A stretch of 64,000 nucleotides of DNA from Comamonadaceae bacterium (GCA_027488215.1 JAIYCB010000050.1:5543-69542); one strand, 5' to 3'. Positions 18,628 through 29,478 are shown, counted from the first letter of the stretch. Translations and numbers: made by a program. The notes: generated by a model not told the origin, from the letters alone.

Positions 18628-20187
18628 ATGACCCACTCCAACTTGTTTTCCGCGCTTCGTGCGGCCTTTCCTGCCGATCTGAGCTCCATAGCCGTCGAAA
18701 CCGATGAAGGCCTGTTGTACAGCTGGCAGGACCTGGACCGCGCCACGGCCATGATGGCCAATTTGCTGCAGTCGCTGGATTTGCCTGAAGGCAGTCGGGT
18801 GGCGGTACAGGTCGAAAAATCGGTCGAAGCGATGATGCTGTACTTGGCCACACTCCGTGCTGGCTATGTCTTTTTGCCGCTGAACACCGCTTACCAAAGC
18901 GCTGAGATCGAGTACTTCATTGGCAATGCCGAGCCTGCTGTGGTGGTGTGCAGCCCTGCCAATTTTGGCTGGGTCAGCAAGATCGCTTTCAAGGCCGGCA
19001 CGCAGCATGTGTTTACCTTGGGCGATGACCGCACGGGCAGCTTGCTCGAGCGAGCCGCCCACCACAGTGACCAACACAAGCCCGTGCCGTGCCAAGCCGA
19101 TGACCTGGCCGCCATTTTGTACACCAGTGGTACTACGGGGCGCAGCAAGGGGGCCATGCTCACGCACGGCAACATGCTGAGCAATGCTGTCACGCTCAAG
19201 GATTACTGGGGCTGGACGGCGACCGGAGGGCCTACAGGCCAGGGCGATGTGCTCATCCATGCCTTGCCCATCTTTCATGTGCACGGTTTGTTTGTGGCCA
19301 TCCATGGCGCGTTGATCAACGGCAGCAAGATGATCTGGATGGCCAAGTTCGAGCCTAAGCGAGCCATTGCGCACATGAGTCGTGCCACCGTTTTCATGGG
19401 GGTGCCTACGCTGTATGTGCGCATGCTGGCAGAACCGACGCTGAACAAAGAGGCTGTCAAGAACATGCGCTTGTTCATCGCTGGGTCAGCCCCCTTGCTG
19501 ATCGAGACCTTCACCGAATGGCAGCAGCGCACCGGGCACACCATTTTGGAGCGCTATGGGATGAGCGAGACCGCCATGTTGACCTCCAACCCCTATGCAG
19601 CGGACAAGCGCTATGCGAAGCAGTCCGAGCGTCGTGGTGGCACGGTGGGTTTTCCCTTGCCGGGCGTGTCTTTGCGGGTGCGTGGGGACGATGGGCAAGA
19701 CATGCCCCTGGGCGAGATTGGCGGTATTCAGGTCAAGGGTCCGAATGTCTTCAAAGGCTACTGGCGCATGCCCGAGAAAACGGCTGAAGAATTCACGGCT
19801 GACGGCTTTTTCAAGACGGGCGATGTGGGCAAGGTCGATGAACGCGGCTACGTGACCATCGTGGGTCGCAGCAAAGACCTCATCATCAGCGGCGGCTACA
19901 ACGTCTATCCTGCAGAGATCGAAGGCTATATCAACGAGATGCCTGGCGTGACCGAAAGCGCTGTGATTGGTGTGCCCCATCCCGACTTTGGCGAGGTGGG
20001 CGTGGCAGTGGTCATTGCCAAACCAGGCGCCAACCTGAAGCCAGAAGCCATCCTGGCCGATCTCAAAGCCAAGCTGGCCAACTTCAAAATTCCAAAGCGT
20101 TGTTTTGTCGTGGCCGAGTTGCCGCGCAACACCATGGGCAAAGTGCAGAAAAACCTGCTGCGCGAGCAATACAAAAACCTGTTTTAG
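18628..20187 (+). CDS. matB: Malonyl-CoA synthetase (MatB-like acyl-CoA ligase)
   Basis: YLATLRAGYVFLPLNTAY, YTSGTTGRSKGAMLTH, HALPIFHVHGLFVA, ILERYGMSET, LPRNTMGKVQK. Confidence 0.85.
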   Translation: MTHSNLFSALRAAFPADLSSIAVETDEGLLYSWQDLDRATAMMANLLQSLDLPEGSRVAVQVEKSVEAMMLYLATLRAGYVFLPLNTAYQSAEIEYFIGNAEPAVVVCSPANFGWVSKIAFKAGTQHVFTLGDDRTGSLLERAAHHSDQHKPVPCQADDLAAILYTSGTTGRSKGAMLTHGNMLSNAVTLKDYWGWTATGGPTGQGDVLIHALPIFHVHGLFVAIHGALINGSKMIWMAKFEPKRAIAHMSRATVFMGVPTLYVRMLAEPTLNKEAVKNMRLFIAGSAPLLIETFTEWQQRTGHTILERYGMSETAMLTSNPYAADKRYAKQSERRGGTVGFPLPGVSLRVRGDDGQDMPLGEIGGIQVKGPNVFKGYWRMPEKTAEEFTADGFFKTGDVGKVDERGYVTIVGRSKDLIISGGYNVYPAEIEGYINEMPGVTESAVIGVPHPDFGEVGVAVVIAKPGANLKPEAILADLKAKLANFKIPKRCFVVAELPRNTMGKVQKNLLREQYKNLF

Positions 20188-20456
20188 CCTGTTGCAGACG
20201 AAGAGTCATCGTCCGGGTAGGCCCGAATGCCCCCTCAGCGGCAAGTCGGGGCAAAGCGTTACTTGAGGTACGCAATGTTCTTGTGCACGCTTTGGACGTG
20301 CCGGGCCATCTGCTGCGGTCAGTGTGTCGGTGAGAAGCTGTGCGAAATCAGCGGTGCCCAGCCAGCCAGGCGATGAACTTCAGTGCGGCGGCCTGGTTCG
20401 GACTGGTTTTGTTTGCCGAATACCTTGCACCGCGAGCCATGACCAGAGCAGGGTGG

Positions 20457-20900
20457 TCAGCGCAAGACCAGCACTGGAATGTGTGAGTGCGTCAGCACTT
20501 GCTGGGTCTCGCTGCCTAACAGCAGTCGTTTGATGCCTTTGCGGCCATGCGAAGCCATCACGATCAGGTCGGCCTTGTGTTTTTTGGCTGCGGCAATGAT
20601 GGCGTCAGAGACCACATCGGATTTGACGGTGATGGCCTTGATGCTGACCGAGTGGGTCTTGGCTGACTTTTCGACAGCGGCCAACTGTGCCTGGGCTGAA
20701 TCGGTCCATTGCTTTTCCACGCGCGAAATCTCTTCGGCCGAAAGCGGAATGCTGCCCTCAAAATAAGCCTGAGGGTAGCGCGGTACCACCTTCATAGCGA
20801 TCAACTCTGCGTTGCAGGTGGCCGCCAGCTCTATGGCGCTGCTCACGGCTTTTTTGGACAAGTTGGAACCATCGGTGGCGACGAGAATGCGTTGGTACAT
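20457..20900 (-). CDS. Universal stress protein (UspA family)
   Basis: ILVATDGS, LIVMASHGRKG..RLLLGSETQQVL. Confidence 0.93.
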   Translation of the reverse strand: MYQRILVATDGSNLSKKAVSSAIELAATCNAELIAMKVVPRYPQAYFEGSIPLSAEEISRVEKQWTDSAQAQLAAVEKSAKTHSVSIKAITVKSDVVSDAIIAAAKKHKADLIVMASHGRKGIKRLLLGSETQQVLTHSHIPVLVLR

Positions 20901-20958
20901 GTTGCGCTCCTGCTTGAAGTGGAAAACTTCAGCATAAAAGGCCTGTCGGCATCATCAA

Positions 20959-20972
20959 TTGATGCAGGTCAA
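20959..20972. promoter_or_regulatory. FNR box between divergent usp and ccoI
   Basis: TTGAT-gcag-GTCAA, 9/10 match to TTGAT-N4-ATCAA. Confidence 0.75.
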
Positions 20973-20988
20973 GCTTTGAGCTGTCCAT

Positions 20989-23388
20989 GTGACGTATCTT
21001 CAAAACATGATCCAAGTCAATGTTTTGCCAGTTGCGCCCAATCACTTTCCCAATGCTGCGGCGAGTGGCTCGAAAGGTTCAACGCAAGGCGCAGATCCTT
21101 TGCAGTTGCTCGATGTGCCAGAAGAATGGACTGCCTTCAGTTTGCCCGACAAGGATGCGAAAGGTCGCTGGCGCTCCAGTGTCGTGTTTGAGGGCATGCA
21201 CTGTGCGGCCTGTGCCATCACCCTTGAAGATGCTTTGAGGGCGGTGCCCGGTGTTTTGTCTGTGCAAATCAGCGGAGCCAGCCACCGGGGGCAGATCGTC
21301 TGGTCGTCTGAAGTCACAAGGCCCTCTGATTGGATGCGTTCGGTCGAGCGCCATGGCTACAAGGCCTTACCCGCCAACGATGCCCACTCTCAAGCCTTGC
21401 GGCGCGAGGAATCCCGCCGCATGGTCTGGCGTTGGGCGGTGGCGGCCCTGTGCATGATGCAGGTCATGATGTACGCCACCCCGGCCTACCTGACTCTGCC
21501 CGGGGAGATCTCGGACGAAGCCATGCACCTGCTGCGCTGGGCCTCATGGGTGCTGTCATTGCCGGTGATCCTTTTCTCGTGTGCCCCATTTCTTCGCAAC
21601 GCCTGGCGCGACTTGTGTGAGCGTCAAATCAGCATGGATTTGCCGGTGGCGCTGGGCATGGCGGTGACCTTTGGGGTCAGCACGCTGGGCACCTTCGAGC
21701 CAAAGGGGCCTTTTGGGGCCGAAGTCTTTTTTGACTCGTTCACCATGTTTGTCTTCTTTTTGCTGACGGGTCGTTGGCTGGAGTTGCGCATGCGTGACCG
21801 CACAGCGGGCGCACTGGAGGCAGTGCTTAACCGCTTGCCCGACTGCGTGAGAAAGCGCCAGACCGATGGCAGCTGGACACTGTTGTCGATCCGCCGGCTT
21901 CAGGTGGGGGATGTGATCGAAGTCTTGCCCGGAGAAGCTTTTGCGGGCGATGGCTTGGTGCTGGCAGGGCAGACCCAAGTTGACGAGGCTTTGCTGACCG
22001 GTGAATCGCGACCACTTGCGCGGCGCGCAGGCGATCGCGTGATTGCCGGCAGCCACAACCTGAGTGGCACGCTGCAGGTTCAGATCGAGCAGATTGGCGC
22101 TGCCACGCGTTATGCACAGATCGTGGCGTTGATAGAAAGCGCCTCGGTCTCCAAACCCGCCATGGCTTTGCTGGTCGACCGCTGGGCCAAACCCTTTTTG
22201 GTGACCGTGATGTTGGCCTCACTCGCGTCGGCCATTTATTGGTGGCCAACTGACCCGGCGCATGCGGTGATGGTGGCAGTTGCCGTGTTGATCGTGACTT
22301 GTCCCTGCGCCTTGTCGCTGGCCACACCTGCCGCCATGTTGGCTACAGCCGGTGCGTTGGCTCGCAGCGGGGTGCTGGTGCGCAGGCTCAGTGCTTTGCA
22401 AAATTTGGCACACATTGATACCGTTATTTTCGACAAGACGGGCACCTTGACACGGGATGCTTTTGAGGTCATCCGCATCCACGTGCGAGAGGGCGTGAGT
22501 CAAGCGCAAGTTCTGAACTGGGCTGGCAGTTTGGCGCGTCACTCGCTGCACCCGGTGTCTCGGGCCTTGTGGTCTGAGGCCCGGCGTCGCGCCGACGCTC
22601 CAGGAAGCTTGAGCGCGCTCGAAGCCCTGGCTGCACACAACGTCAGCGAGCGTGCAGGGCTGGGCATGCAAGGCCAACTGCTTGATCCGGGCCGCCCTGA
22701 GATGGATTTGCGCCTGGGCTCGGCGGCTTTTTGTGCTGCACCGGTATTTGCGGGGCATCACTTGCAGGTGAGTTTGGCCGATGCGTCAGGCTGGTTGGCC
22801 TGTTTTGAGCTGGCTGAGCAAGTGCGCCCCGAGGCGGCCCGCGTGGTGCGTCAATTGGCCGAATTGGGTTTGACCTTGCAAATTCTTTCTGGTGATGGCC
22901 AGACCGCGGTGGCCCAGGTGGCCCATGCGGTGGGTATCGATGACGCACAAGGCGGTTGCAGCCCGCAACACAAATTGCAAGTGCTGCAGGGTTTGCAGGC
23001 CCAGGGGCGCAAAGTGGCCATGGTTGGCGATGGCCTGAACGATGGGCCAGTCTTGGCCGGTGCAGATGTGTCTTTTGCGCTGGGGCAGGCCGTGCCTCTG
23101 GCGCAATCGAAATCGGATTTTGTACTGATGGGCGGACAGCTGGATGTGCTGGTCAGCACTGTGCTGCGCAGTCGCCAAACCTTGCGCATCGTCAAGCAGA
23201 ACCTGTTGTGGTCTGCCGTTTACAACGCAGCCTGCGTGCCACTGGCCCTGATGGGCTGGTTGCCAGCCTGGGCCGCAGGTCTGGGCATGGCGCTCAGCTC
23301 TTTGCTGGTCGTGCTCAATGCTATGCGTCTGTCGCAGACCTTGCCCGAGGCTTTGCCACAACAGAATCCGTCCCCCCAATCTGTGTGA
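20989..23388 (+). CDS. ccoI: Cu-translocating P1B ATPase for cbb3 oxidase assembly (start uncertain, may lie further downstream)
   Basis: GMHCAAC, TGES, CPC, DKTGTLT, GDGLND, YN and MALSS TM motifs; adjacent to ccoS/ccoN. Confidence 0.9.
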   Translation: MTYLQNMIQVNVLPVAPNHFPNAAASGSKGSTQGADPLQLLDVPEEWTAFSLPDKDAKGRWRSSVVFEGMHCAACAITLEDALRAVPGVLSVQISGASHRGQIVWSSEVTRPSDWMRSVERHGYKALPANDAHSQALRREESRRMVWRWAVAALCMMQVMMYATPAYLTLPGEISDEAMHLLRWASWVLSLPVILFSCAPFLRNAWRDLCERQISMDLPVALGMAVTFGVSTLGTFEPKGPFGAEVFFDSFTMFVFFLLTGRWLELRMRDRTAGALEAVLNRLPDCVRKRQTDGSWTLLSIRRLQVGDVIEVLPGEAFAGDGLVLAGQTQVDEALLTGESRPLARRAGDRVIAGSHNLSGTLQVQIEQIGAATRYAQIVALIESASVSKPAMALLVDRWAKPFLVTVMLASLASAIYWWPTDPAHAVMVAVAVLIVTCPCALSLATPAAMLATAGALARSGVLVRRLSALQNLAHIDTVIFDKTGTLTRDAFEVIRIHVREGVSQAQVLNWAGSLARHSLHPVSRALWSEARRRADAPGSLSALEALAAHNVSERAGLGMQGQLLDPGRPEMDLRLGSAAFCAAPVFAGHHLQVSLADASGWLACFELAEQVRPEAARVVRQLAELGLTLQILSGDGQTAVAQVAHAVGIDDAQGGCSPQHKLQVLQGLQAQGRKVAMVGDGLNDGPVLAGADVSFALGQAVPLAQSKSDFVLMGGQLDVLVSTVLRSRQTLRIVKQNLLWSAVYNAACVPLALMGWLPAWAAGLGMALSSLLVVLNAMRLSQTLPEALPQQNPSPQSV

Positions 23389-23397
23389 GAAAGCGAC

Positions 23398-23535
23398 ATG
23401 GACATTCTGTATTTGTTGATTCCACTTTCAGTGGCCTTGGTGTTTTTCATACTCGCCGGTCTTTGGTGGGCTATCCATCGCGGGCAATTTGAGGACATTG
23501 AGGTCGAAGGCGAGCGAATTTTGCGTGACGATTGA
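23398..23535 (+). CDS. ccoS: cbb3 oxidase maturation protein (45 aa, absent from ORF track)
   Basis: Hand translation [45 protein letters not shown] with the family WA...GQF(E/D)D motif. Confidence 0.92.
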   Translation: MDILYLLIPLSVALVFFILAGLWWAIHRGQFEDIEVEGERILRDD

Positions 23536-23545
23536 TTTTGATCAA
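23532..23545. promoter_or_regulatory. Perfect FNR box upstream of ccoN, overlapping the ccoS stop codon
   Basis: TTGAT-tttg-ATCAA, 64 bp before the ccoN ATG. Confidence 0.88.
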
Positions 23546-23609
23546 GTGTTCAGGATGTACACCCGGGCAAACTCATTCGGTAGATTTTTTAAAAAAGCAA
23601 GAGGTAAAA

Positions 23610-25049
23610 ATGAAATTTGCCAACATGCAGGCAGGGTCCTACAACGACAAGGTTGTCAGGCAGTTCGCCATCATGACGGTGGTGTGGGGTGTGGTGGGCA
23701 TGCTGGTGGGTGTGATCATTGCGGCCCAACTGACATGGCCAGAACTTAACTTCGGCGTTTCCTGGCTCAGCTATGGCCGCTTGCGGCCCTTGCACACCAA
23801 TGCCGTGATCTTTGCGTTCGGCGGTTGTGGCTTGTTCGCAGCCGCCTATTACGTGGTGCAGCGCACCTGCAATGTGCGACTGATCAGCGATAAGCTGGCG
23901 GCTTTCACGTTTTGGGGTTGGCAATTGGTGATTGTTTTGGCGGCCATCTCTTTGCCATTGGGTTTCACCAGCGGTAAAGAGTATGCCGAGTTGGAGTGGC
24001 CGATTGACATCCTGATCACCTTGGTCTGGGTGGCATTCGCTGTGGTGTTCTTTGGCACCATTGGCACGCGCAAGGTGCGCCACATCTATGTGGCCAACTG
24101 GTTTTTTGGTGCTTTCATCATTGCTGTGGCTTTACTGCACATCGTCAACAGCGCGGCCTTGCCCGTGGGAATGATGAAGTCGTATTCAGCCTATGCCGGT
24201 GTGCAGGACGCCATGGTGCAGTGGTGGTACGGCCACAATGCGGTAGGTTTTTTCTTGACCGCAGGCTTCCTGGGCATGATGTATTATTTCATCCCCAAGC
24301 AAGCCGAGCGCCCTGTGTACTCGTATCGCTTGTCGATCGTGCACTTCTGGGCCCTGATCTTTACCTACATGTGGGCCGGTCCTCACCACCTGCATTACAC
24401 CGCATTGCCTGACTGGACCCAGTCCGTCGGCATGGTTTTCTCCTTGATCCTCTTGGCGCCCAGCTGGGGCGGCATGATCAACGGCATCATGACTTTGTCG
24501 GGCGCATGGCACAAACTGCGTGATGACCCGATCTTGCGCTTTTTGATCGTGTCCCTGTCGTTCTACGGCATGTCCACCTTTGAAGGGCCGATGATGTCCA
24601 TCAAGACCGTCAACGCCCTGAGCCACTACACCGACTGGACCGTGGGCCATGTGCACTCGGGTGCCCTGGGTTGGGTCGGTCTCGTGACCATGGGCTCGAT
24701 GTACTACCTGATTCCTCGTCTGTTTGGCCAAAAACAGATGTACAGCGTCAAAGCCATTGAAGTCCACTTTTGGACCGCCACCATCGGCATCGTGATCTAC
24801 ATCGCTGCCATGTGGATTGCCGGTGTGATGCAAGGTTTGATGTGGCGCGCCATCAATGCCGATGGCACCTTGACCTACACCTTTGTGGAATCGGTCAAAG
24901 CCACTTACCCGTTCTATGTGCTGCGGTTGCTCGGTGGTTTGCTGTATTTCGGGGGCATGGTGATCATGTTGTGGAACACCTTCAAGACCGTCACGCAAGG
25001 TCGTTCGGTGGAAGTCCGCATCCCCATACTCACACCCGCCCACGCCTGA
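23610..25049 (+). CDS. ccoN: cbb3-type cytochrome c oxidase subunit I
   Basis: [45 protein letters not shown]. Confidence 0.97.
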   Translation: MKFANMQAGSYNDKVVRQFAIMTVVWGVVGMLVGVIIAAQLTWPELNFGVSWLSYGRLRPLHTNAVIFAFGGCGLFAAAYYVVQRTCNVRLISDKLAAFTFWGWQLVIVLAAISLPLGFTSGKEYAELEWPIDILITLVWVAFAVVFFGTIGTRKVRHIYVANWFFGAFIIAVALLHIVNSAALPVGMMKSYSAYAGVQDAMVQWWYGHNAVGFFLTAGFLGMMYYFIPKQAERPVYSYRLSIVHFWALIFTYMWAGPHHLHYTALPDWTQSVGMVFSLILLAPSWGGMINGIMTLSGAWHKLRDDPILRFLIVSLSFYGMSTFEGPMMSIKTVNALSHYTDWTVGHVHSGALGWVGLVTMGSMYYLIPRLFGQKQMYSVKAIEVHFWTATIGIVIYIAAMWIAGVMQGLMWRAINADGTLTYTFVESVKATYPFYVLRLLGGLLYFGGMVIMLWNTFKTVTQGRSVEVRIPILTPAHA

Positions 25050-25062
25050 GGAGAAAAACAAC

Positions 25063-25689
25063 ATGGCTGAAATTCAAAAAACGGGCGGTCTCTCGCACGA
25101 GAAAGTCGAGACCAACAATTTCCTGATGATCGTGTTGATCTTGGTGGTTCTGTTGGTGGGCGGCATGGTCGAAATCCTGCCGCTGTTCTTCCAGAAATCC
25201 ACCACCGAGCCGGTGCCTGGCCTCAAGCCCTACACCGCTTTGCAAGTGGCTGGGCGTGATGTGTATGTGCGTGAAGGTTGCTACAACTGCCACTCGCAGA
25301 TGATTCGCCCCTTCCGTGCCGAGACCTTGCGCTACGGCGCTTACTCGCTGGCCGGTGAATTCGTTTATGACCGTCCCTTCCAATGGGGAAGCAAGCGCAC
25401 CGGCCCTGATCTGGCCCGCGTAGGTGGTCGCTACAGTGACGAATGGCATCGCATTCACCTGATCAATCCACGTGATCTGGTGCCCGAGTCGAACATGCCC
25501 GCTTACCCCTGGCTGGATAAAACGCCTGCCGATGCAGGCTCCATACAAGCGCACATGAAAGGGTTGCGCACGCTGGGCGCACCGTACAGCGAGGAAGAAA
25601 TCGCCAAGGCCCCGCAAGCGTTGAAAGACAAGTCTGAACTCGATGCCGTCATTGCCTATTTGCAAGTCTTGGGCACACACCGCAAATAA
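25063..25689 (+). CDS. ccoO: cbb3-type cytochrome c oxidase subunit II
   Basis: [34 protein letters not shown]. Confidence 0.97.
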   Translation: MAEIQKTGGLSHEKVETNNFLMIVLILVVLLVGGMVEILPLFFQKSTTEPVPGLKPYTALQVAGRDVYVREGCYNCHSQMIRPFRAETLRYGAYSLAGEFVYDRPFQWGSKRTGPDLARVGGRYSDEWHRIHLINPRDLVPESNMPAYPWLDKTPADAGSIQAHMKGLRTLGAPYSEEEIAKAPQALKDKSELDAVIAYLQVLGTHRK

Positions 25690-25698
25690 GGAACGGCC

Positions 25699-25839
25699 AT
25701 GGACATCAACACATTGAGATCCATCGTGACCTTGCTCGCCTTTGCCGCCTTCATCGGCATTGTGGTGTGGGCCTGGTCGCGCCGTAACCAAGCCAGTTTT
25801 GACGAAGCGGCTCAATTGCCTTTGCGCCAAGACGACTGA
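25699..25839 (+). CDS. ccoQ: cbb3-type oxidase subunit IV (46 aa, absent from ORF track)
   Basis: Hand translation MDINTLRSIVTLLAFAAFIGIVVWAWSRRNQASFDEAAQLPLRQDD; position between ccoO and ccoP. Confidence 0.92.
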   Translation: MDINTLRSIVTLLAFAAFIGIVVWAWSRRNQASFDEAAQLPLRQDD

Positions 25840-25874
25840 GCTGTCCTTCAGAACATAAAAAACAAGGAATCCCC

Positions 25875-26807
25875 ATGAGTGACTTCATCAGCAATTTCTG
25901 GCACTGGTATGTGGCAGGTCTGACGCTGTTCAGCATCATCGCCTGCTTGCTCTTGCTGTGGTTCAGCGGCAAGGCCAAAGCCATGACGGCCAACGACAAC
26001 ACCACGGGCCATGTCTGGGACGGTGACTTGCGTGAAATGAACAACCCGCTGCCACGCTGGTGGGTAGGTTTGTTCATCATCACCATTATTTTTGCCTTCA
26101 TTTACTTGGCGATGTACCCAGGCGCTGGCAGTTTTACTGGCAAATTTGGCTGGTCTGCGGCGGGTCAATACGATGCAGAAGTGGCCAAAGGCAATGCCGA
26201 GGTGGCACCCTTGTACGCCAAGTTCCAGGGGATGCCGCCTGAAGACGTCTCCAAAGATCCTCAGGCCTTGGCCATTGGCGACCGCCTGTTCATGAACAAC
26301 TGTGCCCAGTGCCATGGCTCTGACGCACTCGGCAGCAAAGGCTTCCCCAACTTGGCGGATGCCGACTGGCTCTATGGCGGCACACCCGACGCGATCAAAG
26401 CGACCTTGGTGCAAGGTCGCATGGGCAACATGCCGCCCATGGCGGCGACGGTGGGCACGCCCGAAGACGTACGCAACGTGGCGCACTATGTACTCAGCTT
26501 GTCGGGCAGTCCGCACGACTCCTTGCGTGCCTCCCTGGGTAAATCCAAGTTTGGTGCGTGTGCTGCCTGTCACGGCATGGATGGCAAGGGCAATCACGCC
26601 ATGGGCGCGCCCAACTTGACGGACGACATCTGGTTGCACGGCTGGGGTGAGAACGCCATAGTGAACATCATCAACAACGGCAAGGTCAACCAGATGCCTG
26701 CACAGGCCGCCAAGTTGACGGAAGGCCAGATCCATGTCTTGGCGTCCTACGTCTGGGGTCTCTCGAACAAACCCTTCGCCAGCGCGGCAGTCAGTCCTGT
26801 CAAGTGA
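25875..26807 (+). CDS. ccoP: cbb3-type cytochrome c oxidase subunit III (diheme)
   Basis: TTGHVWDG, NNPLPRWW, CAQCHG and CAACHG heme motifs. Confidence 0.96.
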   Translation: MSDFISNFWHWYVAGLTLFSIIACLLLLWFSGKAKAMTANDNTTGHVWDGDLREMNNPLPRWWVGLFIITIIFAFIYLAMYPGAGSFTGKFGWSAAGQYDAEVAKGNAEVAPLYAKFQGMPPEDVSKDPQALAIGDRLFMNNCAQCHGSDALGSKGFPNLADADWLYGGTPDAIKATLVQGRMGNMPPMAATVGTPEDVRNVAHYVLSLSGSPHDSLRASLGKSKFGACAACHGMDGKGNHAMGAPNLTDDIWLHGWGENAIVNIINNGKVNQMPAQAAKLTEGQIHVLASYVWGLSNKPFASAAVSPVK

Positions 26808-26865
26808 TGCAACGCTTCTTGCGGCAGGTCTGCTTTGCTGCAGGATTTGAATCAAGGCCTGTGTT

Positions 26866-28323
26866 TTGTACACCTCTGAAGATCGTTCTTCGCGCAGCGT
26901 GATCCCAATCACTACAGTACCCGCGGAGGGTGATGTGGAGATGGTGTCGCTTTACCAAGCGCAACAAAAAATCTACCCGCGCAGTGTGCAAGGGGTGTTT
27001 GCCCGTTGGCGTTGGCTCATGGTCGCTATCACCCAGCTGGTCTTTTATGGCTTACCGTGGCTGGAGTGGGGGCAGCGCCAGGCGGTGCTGTTCGACCTGG
27101 GTGCTCGCCGTTTCTACATTTTTGGGTTGGTTCTTTACCCGCAGGATTTCATATACCTGACAGCCTTGCTGGTGATCTCGGCGCTGTCGCTGTTTTTGTT
27201 CACGGCAGTCGCTGGACGTTTGTGGTGTGGCTTTGCTTGTCCGCAAACCGTTTACTCCGAAATTTTCCTGTGGATCGAACGTCAGTTTGAAGGCGACCGA
27301 TCGGCTCGATTGCGACTGGACGCCGCGCGCTTGAGCTTTGACAAGGTCTGGCGAAAAAGTGGCAAGCAAATGTCATGGATCGTGTTGTCGCTCTGGACAG
27401 GTTTCAGCTTTGTAGGCTACTTCACCCCTATCCGCGAGTTGACGGCGTCTGTCTTGTCGCTCGGCTTTGGTCCTTGGGAATTTTTCTGGATTCTGTTCTA
27501 CAGCTTTGCCACTTATGGCAATGCCGGTTTCATGCGCGAGCAGGTGTGCAAATACATGTGTCCCTATGCGCGCTTTCAAAGCGCCATGTTTGACAAGGAC
27601 ACTCTGATCGTAACTTATGACGAGGCTCGTGGAGAGCCAAGGGGGGCCCGCTCCAAGAAGACTAACCCCCAAGCCGCAGGTTTGGGTGCTTGTCTGGATT
27701 GCACCTTGTGCGTACAAGTTTGCCCCACGGGCATCGACATCCGCAAAGGCTTGCAGTACGAATGCATTGGCTGCGGGGCGTGTGTGGATGTGTGCGACAA
27801 AGTGATGGACAAGGTCGGCTATGACCGGGGTTTGATCAAGTTCTCCACGCAAAACGCCATGCAAAAAGGCTGGAGTTGGGCACAAACGGTTCGTCGTATC
27901 TTCCGGCCTCGTGTGCTCGTTTACACCTTTGTGCTGTGGGCCATCATCATTGGAGTTGGCGTGTCCTTGTGGAGCCGAGATCCGTTTAAGGTGGACATCG
28001 AGCGAGACCGCGCCACCATGGCCCGTATCGTGCCCGGCGGCAAGATTGAAAACGTGTATCGCCTGCAAATCATGAATGCCGCGGAGCAGACCCTGAGCTT
28101 TCAGCTGCAAGTCGATGGCTTGTCCGGCCTGAGCCTGGCCACAGAGCCCTTGGTTGAGGTGGGTGCTACTGAGTCGCGTTGGATTTCCGTGCGTTTGCAA
28201 GTGCCCTACGATGCCGCACCTGCGGGATCACACCCGATTCATTTTCGCATCGATTCACGCCGACCCAACGGTGAGTTGGCAGGTCAGTTGAGTGAGAAAT
28301 CCGTGTTCTTGATCCCTCGTTGA
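26866..28323 (+). CDS. ccoG: cbb3 oxidase accessory 4Fe-4S membrane protein (start uncertain)
   Basis: GRLWCGFACPQT, CKYMCPY, CLDCTLCVQVCP, CIGCGACVDVC. Confidence 0.94.
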   Translation: MYTSEDRSSRSVIPITTVPAEGDVEMVSLYQAQQKIYPRSVQGVFARWRWLMVAITQLVFYGLPWLEWGQRQAVLFDLGARRFYIFGLVLYPQDFIYLTALLVISALSLFLFTAVAGRLWCGFACPQTVYSEIFLWIERQFEGDRSARLRLDAARLSFDKVWRKSGKQMSWIVLSLWTGFSFVGYFTPIRELTASVLSLGFGPWEFFWILFYSFATYGNAGFMREQVCKYMCPYARFQSAMFDKDTLIVTYDEARGEPRGARSKKTNPQAAGLGACLDCTLCVQVCPTGIDIRKGLQYECIGCGACVDVCDKVMDKVGYDRGLIKFSTQNAMQKGWSWAQTVRRIFRPRVLVYTFVLWAIIIGVGVSLWSRDPFKVDIERDRATMARIVPGGKIENVYRLQIMNAAEQTLSFQLQVDGLSGLSLATEPLVEVGATESRWISVRLQVPYDAAPAGSHPIHFRIDSRRPNGELAGQLSEKSVFLIPR

Positions 28324-28352
28324 AGGGTGGATCCCTTTTCAGAAAGACAAAC

Positions 28353-28628
28353 ATGAGCAAAGCATTGCACAACCCCAAAGACGCTCAACCATGGTGGCGC
28401 TTCGGCATGGTCTGGATGGTCATCGGTGGCCCAGCCTTGGTGGTGGTGGCCGGATTCGTGACTTATTACATTGCCGTGAGCAACCCCGATCCGGTGCTGC
28501 AGGTCACGCCGCGTAACGCCGTTCAGGAGCGCCAAGGCATCACCCATGCGCCCGCCATGCAAGGGCGCAACCACGCGGCCACAGGCGAGTTGCCACCAGC
28601 AGTCGTTACACCTGCTGCAGTGCCCTGA
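28353..28628 (+). CDS. Short FixH/CcoH-like membrane protein
   Basis: PWWRFGMVWMVIGGPALVVVAGFVTYYIA single TM directly after ccoG. Confidence 0.7.
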   Translation: MSKALHNPKDAQPWWRFGMVWMVIGGPALVVVAGFVTYYIAVSNPDPVLQVTPRNAVQERQGITHAPAMQGRNHAATGELPPAVVTPAAVP

Positions 28629-28634
28629 CTCGGG

Positions 28635-29354
28635 TCAATGGCACTGGTTGTGGTTGACTAAACGTTGCAGGCCGTCGGTGTCCAGAATGCGCACATGGCG
28701 CTGTTTGACTTCCACAGTGCCATCCTCGACGAACTTGGAGAAGGTGCGGCTGACGGTCTCGAGCTTCAGGCCCAGGTAACTGCCGATTTCCTCTCGCGTC
28801 ATGCGCAAAACGAGCTCGGATTGGGAAAACCCCCGCGCGTGCAGACGCTGCACCAAGTTCAGCAAAAAGGCAGCCAGGCGCTCTTCTGCACGCATGCTGC
28901 CCAGCAGCAACATCACGCCGTGCTCGCGCACGATCTCGCGGCTCATGATCTTGTGAACATGGGTTTGCAGGGCCGTGACTTCGCGTGAAATTTCTTCGAT
29001 CCGGTCAAAGGGCATGACGCAGACTTCGGCATCTTCCAAAGCGACTGCATCGCAACTGTGTTGGTCGTTCACGATGCCGTCCAGCCCAATGATTTCGCCC
29101 GCCATCTGAAAGCCCGTGACTTGGTCGCGCCCATCTTCTGTGGCCAAGCAGGTTTTGAAGAAACCGGTGCGGATGGCATAGAGCGAGGTGAATCTGTCGC
29201 CATTGGTGAACAAAGTGGTGCCGCGTTTAACCTTGCGCCGTACGGCGACCAGATCATCGAGGCGATTGAGGTCATGATCGCTCAGGCCCATGGGCATGCA
29301 CAACTCGCGCAAGTTGCAATTGGAGCAGGCGACTTTGATGGCTTGGGGATTCAT
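28635..29354 (-). CDS. fnr: Fumarate/nitrate reduction regulator
   Basis: CSNCNLRELC Fe-S cysteines, GEIIGLDG, HTH REEIGSYLGLKLETVSR. Confidence 0.96.
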   Translation of the reverse strand: MNPQAIKVACSNCNLRELCMPMGLSDHDLNRLDDLVAVRRKVKRGTTLFTNGDRFTSLYAIRTGFFKTCLATEDGRDQVTGFQMAGEIIGLDGIVNDQHSCDAVALEDAEVCVMPFDRIEEISREVTALQTHVHKIMSREIVREHGVMLLLGSMRAEERLAAFLLNLVQRLHARGFSQSELVLRMTREEIGSYLGLKLETVSRTFSKFVEDGTVEVKQRHVRILDTDGLQRLVNHNQCH

Positions 29355-29381
29355 GGTTTATCTCTTGGTTGTGCAATGGAT

Positions 29382-29395
29382 TTGCCTTGGATCAA
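29382..29395. promoter_or_regulatory. FNR-like box 27 bp upstream of the fnr start (possible autorepression site)
   Basis: TTGCC-ttgg-ATCAA, 8/10. Confidence 0.55.
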
Positions 29396-29478
29396 GACTT
29401 GAGCTTATACCGAAAAATCTGCTGAATTTGAGGCAGTACCCTGTCCTTGCCAGAAATCCTTGAAAACCAGTAAAGGGT

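Noticed and set aside
20188-20456. 270-bp gap between matB and usp, checked for a small gene or remnant
   Set aside because: Only short minus-strand frames (30 aa MARGARYS..., 16 aa MARHVQSV...) with no RBS or recognisable motif.
26842-26855. AGGAT-ttga-ATCAA upstream of ccoG as an FNR box
   Set aside because: One half site is poor (3/5) and it lies only about 10 bp from the putative start.
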